From positions 3,392,001-3,456,000 of the forward strand of contig OY771506.1 in NCBI GenBank assembly GCA_963674705.1: a stretch of DNA of 64,000 nt, written 5' to 3'. The notes under the pieces were generated by a model, which made no database searches, had not been told where the DNA came from, and worked only from the letters and a program-made list of their open reading frames with translations. The stretch comes from Phycisphaeraceae bacterium (lineage in GTDB: Bacteria > Planctomycetota > Phycisphaerae > Phycisphaerales > Phycisphaeraceae). A program made the position numbers and the translations under genes. This document shows, in pieces, positions 27,583 to 35,573 of this stretch. Each line of letters starts with the position of its first letter. Positions within the stretch are counted from its first letter, which is position 1.

Positions 27583-28341
27583 TTAGCTTGTGGTTGCTGG
27601 TGTATCTACTGTTTCAGTCTCGATATCTGTCAAGGAACTTGATTGAGGGGTATGGGGCGTATGAGCTGAAACGGGTTCCGGCTGATCTTTGCTCGATACC
27701 GATGCCAGCACGGTGAGGCCCGCATACACCTTCTGCCCCTGCTGGATGGTGACCTGGGGCTGTTGTTCGGCCGGCAAATACAGTTCGGTGGTGGAACCGA
27801 GCTTGATCATGCCGATGCGTTGGCCCCTTTGGACGACGTCGCCTTCGTGGACACCGCAGGCGATGGTGCGGGCGAACAGGCCTGAGACCTGCCGTACAGC
27901 CGCGAGGGGGTGGCCTTTGATCGGGTGGTTCAGCACGATCAGGTTGGATTCGTTTGTCTCGGCTGATTCAGGATTCAGCGCGTTTTTGTGATCACCGGGT
28001 TTGTGCGTGATGCTGCTGACCTGGCCGTGGCATGGGCTACGGTTGATATGCACATCCAACACGCTCAGGAAAATCCGGATGCACGTGGCGGGGCCGCCGA
28101 ACGGCTCAAAGTGGTCGACTTCATGTATAGAGCTGATGCGGCCGTCCGCCGGTGCAATAACAGCCCCACGTTGAGAGGGGGTACGACGATTGGGGTCACG
28201 GAAGAACGCGAGCAGGGCGGCTGTCACTGGCAGGATCAGCAGCAGGGCCCACCACCAGCCAAGCATGGCACAAGTGACAGTCAGCATCATGCCAACCGCT
28301 GTGATCGTGAGCCATTCGTATTTGCCGTAGGAGCTGAGCAT
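27583..28341 (-). CDS. psd: Phosphatidylserine decarboxylase proenzyme
   Basis: FFRDP, APADG, IFLSVLDVHINR, GMIKLGS autocleavage site. Confidence 0.9.
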   Translation of the reverse strand: MLSSYGKYEWLTITAVGMMLTVTCAMLGWWWALLLILPVTAALLAFFRDPNRRTPSQRGAVIAPADGRISSIHEVDHFEPFGGPATCIRIFLSVLDVHINRSPCHGQVSSITHKPGDHKNALNPESAETNESNLIVLNHPIKGHPLAAVRQVSGLFARTIACGVHEGDVVQRGQRIGMIKLGSTTELYLPAEQQPQVTIQQGQKVYAGLTVLASVSSKDQPEPVSAHTPHTPQSSSLTDIETETVDTPATTS

Positions 28342-28470
28342 CGTGTTCCGTCACGAGAAGCGTGGATTAAAAATCCGCCGCGGTCAATACCGGCGGATGG
28401 CCGTCATAGTCATGGCACACACACCCGGCTCAGGGTCGGCCAACATGATCCCGGAGAACAAAAAGCACGT

Positions 28471-29400
28471 TTAGCTGCTGGCCTTGCCAATCATCATCCC
28501 GATAGCGCCCAGGATAATGCTCAGCACGAGCAGTCCGCCGCACCAGACGCCGAACATCATCATGGATTCAGTCATCATGCCGGTGATCACGCTGGGTACG
28601 CCTGCCAGTGCCGAGATCGCGACAACCAAAGCGACGACGAGTGAAATCGTCGAGCCCATCAACATCCCGGCCCCAAAGCCACTGCCGGCACCGTCTATAC
28701 CGGTGTCGTATGTCGCCATGGCAACGCCGGCAGCGGCACCACCCATCGCAGGCACCGGAGCGCCCTGCAGTTCGGTCATGCCGCCGGCCGCGGACGCACC
28801 TGTGCCGGTCTCCATCGAGATCGCGCTTTCAAATACGCCGCTGGAGCCGATACCTGAAGCCGCCATTGAACCTTCGCCGGCATTGGTCCCACCCGGATAA
28901 ATCTCGTCCAGTAACTCCGCGCCGAGGCTGGTGTCGTCGCTTTCACGTGTCAGGTCAAGCAGGCCTGAGCCCGAGCCGACGCTTTCCAGAGACAGTTCTT
29001 CCTGGGCCGTGTCAGCCATGGGGTTGGTCACAGCGGTCTGCGCCAGAGGATCGACCGGTTCAACTTCATCCGGCCCGAAGACGCTCATACCGGAGCCTGT
29101 ACCTGTGCCGGTCTTGCCGGGATCACTGCCGGTGCTTGTCAGGCCGGCTTTGCTGGTCATGTTAGTGTCAGCGAGGCTGATCGCGTCGGTATCATCGCTG
29201 GGTACCAGCGGGATGGGGCTGCCAGAATCACTGTCGCCGTTACCACCGGCGAGCGTGTCGATCTGGTCGCGTTTGAACATCAGCCGATCCTTGTCGCGGA
29301 ACTGCTGAAGCTCACCGTTGGCGGCCATCTCTTTGATCTTCTCGATATTAACACCGAGTTTCTCTGCCGCTTCGTCCAGGGTGTAAAACATCTTGGCCAT
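28471..29400 (-). CDS. Excisionase-type helix-turn-helix protein with long acidic linker and two C-terminal TM helices
   Basis: FYTLDEAAEKLGV...FRD...MFKRDQID N-terminus; D/S/G/T-rich middle; hydrophobic C-terminus; GGAG SD. Confidence 0.8.
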   Translation of the reverse strand: MAKMFYTLDEAAEKLGVNIEKIKEMAANGELQQFRDKDRLMFKRDQIDTLAGGNGDSDSGSPIPLVPSDDTDAISLADTNMTSKAGLTSTGSDPGKTGTGTGSGMSVFGPDEVEPVDPLAQTAVTNPMADTAQEELSLESVGSGSGLLDLTRESDDTSLGAELLDEIYPGGTNAGEGSMAASGIGSSGVFESAISMETGTGASAAGGMTELQGAPVPAMGGAAAGVAMATYDTGIDGAGSGFGAGMLMGSTISLVVALVVAISALAGVPSVITGMMTESMMMFGVWCGGLLVLSIILGAIGMMIGKASS

Positions 29401-29648
29401 GATCGACTCCTATGTCCCTAGAGCGTAAGTTATGCCGCCGGCTGACAGTGAATCAGGGGCCGGCCGACACCTTCGCTTGAACATATTAGGATATGGCGTA
29501 ACTGCTTGCCTGACAAGGCGGCTGAATCCGTCCGGTATTATCCGAGGCGTGATTGGATTAGTAGCTTTTATACTGCTGACGACTCGGAATATGAGATAAG
29601 CCACCAATCCCGGTGAATGAGTTTCCAAACCCAGGAACTGCTTGCCCT

Positions 29649-30461
29649 ATGCCGCTGAATTACGGGCTGATCCATCACGTTGATCTGGTGTTGCAGGAAC
29701 TGCCATCTTCGCTGCAAGGTGTTAAAATAGCGCATCTTACAGATTTGCATATCACCCGGCACACCCATCGCCACGACCGGCTGATGAACCAACTGACCAG
29801 CCTGCGGATCGATATGGCGCTTTTCACGGGCGATTACATGCGTCGCGAGGATGACCACGTCGAGGCGGCCGCGGTCCTTCGGCGGATCGTCGATGCTGCC
29901 AATCCCCGATTCGGCAGTTTCGGCGTTTTCGGCAACCACGATTCCCGGCCCTTGGTGGACCTCGTCCAGGATGTCGGCATCCACTGGCTGGGAACCGGCA
30001 GCCACCGATTGGAACAATGCCCGATCCATTTGTTTGGTCTGGACCCATTGCACAAAGATCGTGAAGACAGCACCGCCATGCTTTTAAATGGCGGGCCGGT
30101 TTATGGGCAAGACAGTGCCGGTTACTTGCGATTGATGCTCGCGCACTATCCGAGCTGGCTATCGACCGCAGCAGACCTCGGCATGCACGTGCTTTTCTCC
30201 GGCCACACGCACGGCGGACAGATGCGCTTGCCTACCGGCCGAGCGCTAATCAATGCGTGTGATCTGCCTCTGGATATAAGCTGTGGCGTGCTGCGTCACC
30301 GCGACACTCTAATCGCCATCTCCCGCGGCCTAGGTGAAGTCGGCCCGCCCGGCGCACGTTTCCGTTTATTCTGCCCGCCACATGTCCCGGTTTACACATT
30401 GCGGCAAGGACCAACGCTCGGGCAGCACACGCAGAAGGTAGTGAAGGTAGTCAGTTGGTAG
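29649..30461 (+). CDS. Calcineurin-like metallophosphoesterase
   Basis: DLH, TGD, GNHD, GHTHGGQ, SRGLG motifs; start could be 29613. Confidence 0.9.
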   Translation: MPLNYGLIHHVDLVLQELPSSLQGVKIAHLTDLHITRHTHRHDRLMNQLTSLRIDMALFTGDYMRREDDHVEAAAVLRRIVDAANPRFGSFGVFGNHDSRPLVDLVQDVGIHWLGTGSHRLEQCPIHLFGLDPLHKDREDSTAMLLNGGPVYGQDSAGYLRLMLAHYPSWLSTAADLGMHVLFSGHTHGGQMRLPTGRALINACDLPLDISCGVLRHRDTLIAISRGLGEVGPPGARFRLFCPPHVPVYTLRQGPTLGQHTQKVVKVVSW

Positions 30462-30479
30462 GACTATTGACTTACTATG

Positions 30480-30749
30480 TCAGGTAACGCCCAGATCCTC
30501 GACGAAGTTTGAATCTGGGTGAATTTTCGCACGTTTAATACCCATCTGTTCAGAAACGATCGTTCTTAAATGTTCGAAAACTAATCGGGGTAGATGTGCT
30601 TCAAGATTGGCTTGATCCGCAAGCAGATGTTTGACTATCGAATCACGAAGGTCAGCCATCGTCAAAAGATTTTCGGATTCATCATCCGGGATCTTGATAC
30701 CGAAGTCCCGGTCAACTTCCAGAAGGATTTCAATCGCGTCGAGTCCCAC
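30480..30749 (-). CDS. Acyl-carrier-protein-like protein, apparently circularly permuted
   Basis: GAGGAG SD 7 nt before GTG; N-half resembles ACP helices II-IV (LDAIEILLEVDRDFGIKIPDDESE), C-half resembles helix I and loop (IVSEQMGI...SNFVEDLG). Confidence 0.8.
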   Translation of the reverse strand: MGLDAIEILLEVDRDFGIKIPDDESENLLTMADLRDSIVKHLLADQANLEAHLPRLVFEHLRTIVSEQMGIKRAKIHPDSNFVEDLGVT

Positions 30750-30904
30750 GGGCCAACTCCTCTGTTATTCGTTTGTATTGATACGAATAATGTAATCCCT
30801 TACGCACTTTTGAACATGGTTCGATTGTGTTTTTGATCACCAAGGTATTGGTATGAAGTGGGGCGATGCTTTGATGACAATCAAATTGTGTGATTGGATG
30901 TCAA

Positions 30905-30937
30905 ATAAAAAGTCCGCTCATTCCGGAGGGAGCGGAC
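30905..30937 (-). terminator. Intrinsic terminator
   Basis: GTCCGCTC/GAGCGGAC 8-bp stem followed by TTTTTATTT on the minus strand. Confidence 0.8.
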
Positions 30938-31035
30938 GGTGGTGGCAGATAAGGCACGTCAACTTCAGTTTTCTATCGTAGAAGCTACATACCCGAGCCA
31001 CCAGCCCCAGAAAGGCTGGCATCGTCTAGTCTGGA

Positions 31036-31140
31036 TCACTCGGATAACTGTACGACCAAGTGGTCCCGCGTAATCATTTCCGGTTGCTGCGTATAACCTT
31101 TGAGCATGCACTGTTTTGCGTTGAGCATCTGCAGGTGCAT
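31036..31140 (-). CDS. Candidate 34-aa small ORF
   Basis: GGAG immediately before ATG; MHLQMLNAKQCMLKGYTQQPEMITRDHLVVQLSE; lies between a candidate promoter and a terminator. Confidence 0.35.
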   Translation of the reverse strand: MHLQMLNAKQCMLKGYTQQPEMITRDHLVVQLSE

Positions 31141-31152
31141 GTCTCCAAATCT

Positions 31153-31197
31153 AATATAGGTGATTTCGATCGGCTAACGCATCCCTAGATTTAGGGA
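31153..31197 (-). promoter_or_regulatory. Candidate activator-dependent promoter: dyad TCCCTA-N4-TAGGGA plus -10 TATATT
   Basis: Dyad at 31182-31197, -10 at 31153-31158; no good -35; directly downstream of the LuxR gene. Confidence 0.5.
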
Positions 31198-31214
31198 ATT
31201 TATGAATTATTTGA

Positions 31215-32060
31215 TCAGTCTTGATCTGCCCCGTCACCGGCTGTGAAGTGCCGGATCAACCCGAGTTGGGAGTTTACGTTGAAGTGTCGGTAAATCACCT
31301 TGGTGTGGTCATTGACCGTGTGCTCGGAAATAACCAGGGTTCTGGCGATATCGGCGCGCTTGTAGCCTTGGATCAGATATGAAAGCACAATCCGTTGTTT
31401 AGGGGTGAGGTCGGGTACGGTTTTACCCTCGTGTCCGGGGATGCCGGCTCGGTGCAGCCAATCGATATTCGAGAGGATGATGTGGCAGATACGGCTCTGC
31501 CTCTCGGTGAAGTAGTCGTTACCTTTTTTACGGATAAGACCGATCCCGCTGAATATCCCTTCGGATAACGGGTAGAAAGAATACAAGAAGTCATCCAGAC
31601 CCCGATCCAACCGGTAGTCTCGCACGGTTGGGTGACCGTACCAGGTTTTATCATCGACCAGTTGACGCCGCATGCGAGTGAAGTGCTTGCCGTCCAGAAT
31701 AGTATTGGCGAGCAGTTCATCTTCGGGGGGTTTGTCGCCGGCAATCAACGAACCCTCGATGATGCCGTTGAGTTGGTGGTCGCTTAGACCATCGTGGATC
31801 AGATTGATTGTCGATGGCCTTGAGTCTCTGGGTGTATTGACCGAGATTGTCCAGAGCCAGCCATCGGCTTCCGTCAGTTCTGCCAATCCTTCCATCAGTG
31901 CCCGGCGTCTTACCGGGACCGATGCATCCATCCCTGCAACTTTGCCAATCAGTCGAACCATTGCGACCGTATCTTCCTCACGGATCAGTTGTTCAATCCG
32001 GATGGCTGAAGACAATCGCTCAGAATCAGGTTGTCCCTGCAGTTGGCCCATGTGATGCAC
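31215..32060 (-). CDS. LuxR-family transcriptional regulator
   Basis: C-terminal LTPKQRIVLSYLIQGYKRADIARTLVISEHTVNDHTKVIYRHFNV; N-terminal putative ligand-binding domain; start uncertain. Confidence 0.9.
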   Translation of the reverse strand: MHHMGQLQGQPDSERLSSAIRIEQLIREEDTVAMVRLIGKVAGMDASVPVRRRALMEGLAELTEADGWLWTISVNTPRDSRPSTINLIHDGLSDHQLNGIIEGSLIAGDKPPEDELLANTILDGKHFTRMRRQLVDDKTWYGHPTVRDYRLDRGLDDFLYSFYPLSEGIFSGIGLIRKKGNDYFTERQSRICHIILSNIDWLHRAGIPGHEGKTVPDLTPKQRIVLSYLIQGYKRADIARTLVISEHTVNDHTKVIYRHFNVNSQLGLIRHFTAGDGADQD

Positions 32061-32288
32061 TCAAGATCGTACAGCACCCCCAATATCCATGTGGTGCATA
32101 TTGATGAAACAGCTTATCTTGCCAGGCAAGATGTCCTGGTAGCTGAAAAGCGGTATCCCACTAGTCAATCTGCAATGCCGGTAGAAGCATCTTTTGATTA
32201 ATCAATGTTTCATGATCTACCAAGAGGCTTCGGAAGGCAAGCTATGGGTACTATTATACTAAATGAGAACTTTTTGGGAAATGTATTA

Positions 32289-32897
32289 TCACATCCCCGC
32301 GGTCTGCCACTGCTTGATCGCTTCGACGGGCCAGAAAAGCATCAGGACGTTCAGAGTCAGGTTGTCGCGGATCGTGATCAGCATGCCGATCTCTGTTACC
32401 ACGAACACGGTCAACGACCAGTACCAGCGGACACCGGTGGCGAAGATAAATCCCAAGCCGCAACACGCGATGTCGCCCAAGCTGTTTCCGATGCTGTCGC
32501 CTGCATAACCGAGGGCCATGGTGGCTTCGCGATATCGGTTGATCGTGAAGGGTGTATTTTCAAAGACTTCCCAAGCCGCTTCAAGGAGAACCGCCGCACT
32601 CAAACGCCAGCCGAACGCCTGCTTGCGTAGCGGAGCGATCCAGTAGAAGACCCATGCGAAAATCAAGCCGTGCAGCACATGAGAGAAACTGTAAGGATCA
32701 ACGAAGTGTTGTGAGTTGTGGTTGCTCCACACATCACCCGACCAGAGAAAAGCTTCGCCACACTCGCACCACCATACCCGGTCCATCAGTTTTAACGTGA
32801 TGAGTGTTGCAACAATCACCATCGCTAATGCGATCCATGGCAACATTGGATTTGATTGGGAATGATTCGGATCAGAAAGATCAACACTGTTTGTCAT
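32289..32897 (-). CDS. DUF2585-family membrane protein
   Basis: NSQHFVDPYSFSHVLHG, WEVFENTPFTINRYR, GDSIGNS, IRDNLTLNVLML. Confidence 0.85.
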   Translation of the reverse strand: MTNSVDLSDPNHSQSNPMLPWIALAMVIVATLITLKLMDRVWWCECGEAFLWSGDVWSNHNSQHFVDPYSFSHVLHGLIFAWVFYWIAPLRKQAFGWRLSAAVLLEAAWEVFENTPFTINRYREATMALGYAGDSIGNSLGDIACCGLGFIFATGVRWYWSLTVFVVTEIGMLITIRDNLTLNVLMLFWPVEAIKQWQTAGM

Positions 32898-32949
32898 GGC
32901 TCGTCTACTTCTCAAGGGCGATTGATAGAATCAATGAACAGTGGGGAGA

Positions 32950-33609
32950 TTATTCCCATGTATCTTCGATTCCTTTCGATAACTCATCTTCCAATTCCGA
33001 CATCACGCTGGAGATGGTGTCGGGATTAAAACCACGCCGAGCCAGCAGGCCGTAGATTCTGCGGCGTCGGGTCTCGGCTTCAAGTCGTTGCATCGATTGC
33101 AGTTTTTTGCGTGCCAACTCAACCGCGCCCGGCGCCAGGTCCTGGGCATCGGTCGCTTCACCGACGAGTTTTTCAATCAGCGATCGGTCGAGGCCTTTCT
33201 GGTAGAGCTTTTGTCTGAGCAGTTGAGGGCCGGCTGGTTTTCGGCGTAGCGTCGATTCGACCAATGCCTGGCCGTAGGCCTCATCATCGAGGTAATTCAG
33301 TTCGGTGAGTCGGTCGAGAACCTGATCACGGACTGGCGTCTCGTACTCTAGCTCTTTGAGTTTCTTGTCCAAGTCACGCCGGCTCATCGCCCGACGGTTC
33401 AGCCGGTTCATCGCCTGACGCAGGGCCTTGTCATAGACAGCGGCCTGGGCCACCTTCGCGGCCAGGGCATCATCCCACATCTGGCCGACCTGCAGCCCGA
33501 GGGTCTCGATTTTGCCAAGCGGCAGCGTCGCGACGACCTTCCTGCCGACCCGCACCGTCAGTCGGCCCGGGTTCCGCTGCGTTGGCTTGATGGCGGTGAT
33601 ATGCTGCAT
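32950..33609 (-). CDS. recX: Regulatory protein RecX
   Basis: LNYLDDEAY, GPQLLRQKLYQKG, LARRGF three-helix repeats. Confidence 0.9.
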   Translation of the reverse strand: MQHITAIKPTQRNPGRLTVRVGRKVVATLPLGKIETLGLQVGQMWDDALAAKVAQAAVYDKALRQAMNRLNRRAMSRRDLDKKLKELEYETPVRDQVLDRLTELNYLDDEAYGQALVESTLRRKPAGPQLLRQKLYQKGLDRSLIEKLVGEATDAQDLAPGAVELARKKLQSMQRLEAETRRRRIYGLLARRGFNPDTISSVMSELEDELSKGIEDTWE

Positions 33610-33699
33610 GTTGTTATCTTACCGGCTGGTGCCGTGCTCGCGTTATCAGCCGGCTATTTGTTTCAATGCTCAAAACAACCAGAATCCCCGATATCCGAC

Positions 33700-34515
33700 A
33701 TGGCTCTTATCACCTGTGAATTCTTCTCCGACGCGCTCGAACTCAATGTAACCATGCGTGTCATTCTGCCTCAACCCACGGCCACGCATGCCCATCATTA
33801 CCCGGGCATCGAGATGAATCCGCCGCATCCAACGCTCTATCTGCTGCATGGGCTGGGCGATAACAGCTCCGCCTGGACGCGACAGTCCAACATTGAACGC
33901 TACGCCTGGAAGCGGAATCTGGCTGTAGTCATGCCGGAGGTCCACCGCAGCTTTTATGCGGATATGCTGCGTGGCAACAAATACTGGACCTTCTTGAGCG
34001 AGGAATTACCCAAGGTCTGTCGGCGTTTCTTCCCATTGTCTGACAAGCGGGAGGACAACTTCGTGGCTGGATTATCGATGGGGGGGTACGGCGCGTTCAA
34101 GCTGGCGTTAAGCCATCCCGATAAATTCTGTGCCGCCGCCAGCCTGTCCGGGGCCTTGGATCGGACTCAGCGGATGAAAACCACTGAAAAGCTGGAAGAA
34201 GAGTTCATGAACACCTTCGGGGGGCTGGAGGGGTACGTTGGCTCCGGCAACGATCTGCTGCACCTGGCGACGGAATTGGCAAAAAAAACCGGCCCCCGGC
34301 CGGCCCTGTTCCAGTGTTGCGGTACCGAAGACTTCGTGTACCCTGAAAACCTGACTTTCAGAGATCACTTGAAGGATTTGGGGATTGATCTAACCTACGT
34401 GGAATCCCCCGGCGAAGACCACGAATGGGGCTATTGGGACCGGATGATACAAGATGTGATAGAATGGCTACCATTACGCGTGGAGGACGGCGGGACCACG
34501 GCCCCTCGCGTGTGA
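33700..34515 (+). CDS. Putative esterase (tributyrin esterase/S-formylglutathione hydrolase-like alpha/beta hydrolase)
   Basis: LYLLHG, GLSMGG, CGTED, HEWGYWD; start set at ATG 33700. Confidence 0.9.
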   Translation: MALITCEFFSDALELNVTMRVILPQPTATHAHHYPGIEMNPPHPTLYLLHGLGDNSSAWTRQSNIERYAWKRNLAVVMPEVHRSFYADMLRGNKYWTFLSEELPKVCRRFFPLSDKREDNFVAGLSMGGYGAFKLALSHPDKFCAAASLSGALDRTQRMKTTEKLEEEFMNTFGGLEGYVGSGNDLLHLATELAKKTGPRPALFQCCGTEDFVYPENLTFRDHLKDLGIDLTYVESPGEDHEWGYWDRMIQDVIEWLPLRVEDGGTTAPRV

Positions 34516-34532
34516 TGAATGGAGACGCTCGG

Positions 34533-35051
34533 ATGTCTGATATCCATGAGGAACTGGGCAGGGCGGTACTGGAAAGTGCGGAGGAGATGTTCCGGGCGCA
34601 GAAGCGTATGGCTGACAGTGCCATACGTCAGATCACCTTCGAGCAGATGCAGTACGAGCCGGACCCCGAGAGCAACAGTGTCGCGGTCATCATGAAACAC
34701 CTTTCCTGTGCCATGCGGTCTCGCTGGGCGGACTTCATGACGACGGACGGCGAAAAGCCTTGGCGCGATCGTGATGACGAGTTCACGGACAACTACACGA
34801 GCCGGGACGAGGTGGAACGCGATTGGGAGGCGGGGTGGAACACGTTATTCAAGGCTATCAGTGAGCTTCGGCCGGTCGACCTCACCGCAACGGTCACCAT
34901 TCGTGATGAACCTGAAGTCGTAATCGGCGCAATCCACCGCCAGTTGTCACACTACAACTACCACATCGGCCAAATCGTTGTGGCCTGCAGGACGCTGGCC
35001 GGGGACAAATGGTCGACCCTGACCGTGCCTCGCAGCAAGCACAAGAAGTAA
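34533..35051 (+). CDS. DUF1572/DinB-like four-helix protein
   Basis: NSVAVIMKHL, SRWADFMTTDGEKPWRDRDDEF, HYNYHIGQIV; GGAG SD. Confidence 0.85.
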   Translation: MSDIHEELGRAVLESAEEMFRAQKRMADSAIRQITFEQMQYEPDPESNSVAVIMKHLSCAMRSRWADFMTTDGEKPWRDRDDEFTDNYTSRDEVERDWEAGWNTLFKAISELRPVDLTATVTIRDEPEVVIGAIHRQLSHYNYHIGQIVVACRTLAGDKWSTLTVPRSKHKK

Positions 35052-35083
35052 CGGTGCATTTATCTTTACCACCCGTCGCTGTT

Positions 35084-35103
35084 CTAAGCCGCTTGCGGCT
35101 TAG
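35084..35103. repeat. Short palindrome (REP-like or terminator hairpin)
   Basis: CTAAGCCGC-TT-GCGGCTTAG, followed by CGATTTTT. Confidence 0.6.
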
Positions 35104-35143
35104 CGATTTTTCTATCTGTTGATTGTGGTTAGCTGCGGCCCCG

Positions 35144-35276
35144 CCCTTCGCTTCGCTCAGGACCGGCGTTGGGGGAGGGAAAAGCTGGAAAACAGGAAAT
35201 TTTGAAAGCAGAAAATCAGGTTCTTCCGATACCCCATACCCGCCCGGACCTCCGCTGCGCTCAGGACCGGCGTTGG
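35144..35276. repeat. Dispersed REP-like repeat, copies 2 and 3
   Basis: 35144-35172 CCCTTCGCTTCGCTCAGGACCGGCGTTGG and 35248-35276 ACCTCCGCTGCGCTCAGGACCGGCGTTGG. Confidence 0.85.
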
Positions 35277-35318
35277 GATAAACATTAGCGATTAACGATT
35301 AGCCATTAGCAATACCAT

Positions 35319-35372
35319 TCCCACACCCCACACCCCACACCCCACACCCCACACCCCACACCCCACACCCCA
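35319..35372. repeat. Tandem heptamer repeat (CCCCACA)n
   Basis: Six perfect units at 35326-35367 plus flanking TCCCACA and CCCCA. Confidence 0.95.
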
Positions 35373-35414
35373 TCCACCCTTGCCCGCGTCCATCCCAGCG
35401 CGTATCCTTTAATA

Positions 35415-35523
35415 CGTTCGCTAGGGGTGTCCCGACAGACAGCGGGACTGAGAAAAACCCTCGGAACCTGATCAGCCAACCGTTGCGGCGATATGCGACG
35501 GGTAACTGCGTAGGGAAGCGACG
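35415..35523 (+). ncRNA. TPP riboswitch (THI element)
   Basis: AGGGGTGTC...GACTGAGA...ACCC...AACCTGATC...GCGTAGGGA; P1 TCGCT/AGCGA; directly upstream of thiC. Confidence 0.93.
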
Positions 35524-35573
35524 CATGCACCTGCTTGCGCGAGCGCTTCCCCGAACTTCAAGGAAGGCTCGCC

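Noticed and set aside
28471..29400. Excisionase of a prophage or ICE
   Set aside because: HTH is fused to a long linker and TM helices; no integrase or phage genes nearby
30985..31038. Selenocysteine read-through of the small ORF's TGA
   Set aside because: The downstream hairpin does not resemble a bacterial SECIS, there is no redox motif, and the frame stops 16 codons later
35299..35530. Minus-strand ORFs with GCGVWGV repeats
   Set aside because: Artefact of translating the CCCCACA tract antisense to the riboswitch
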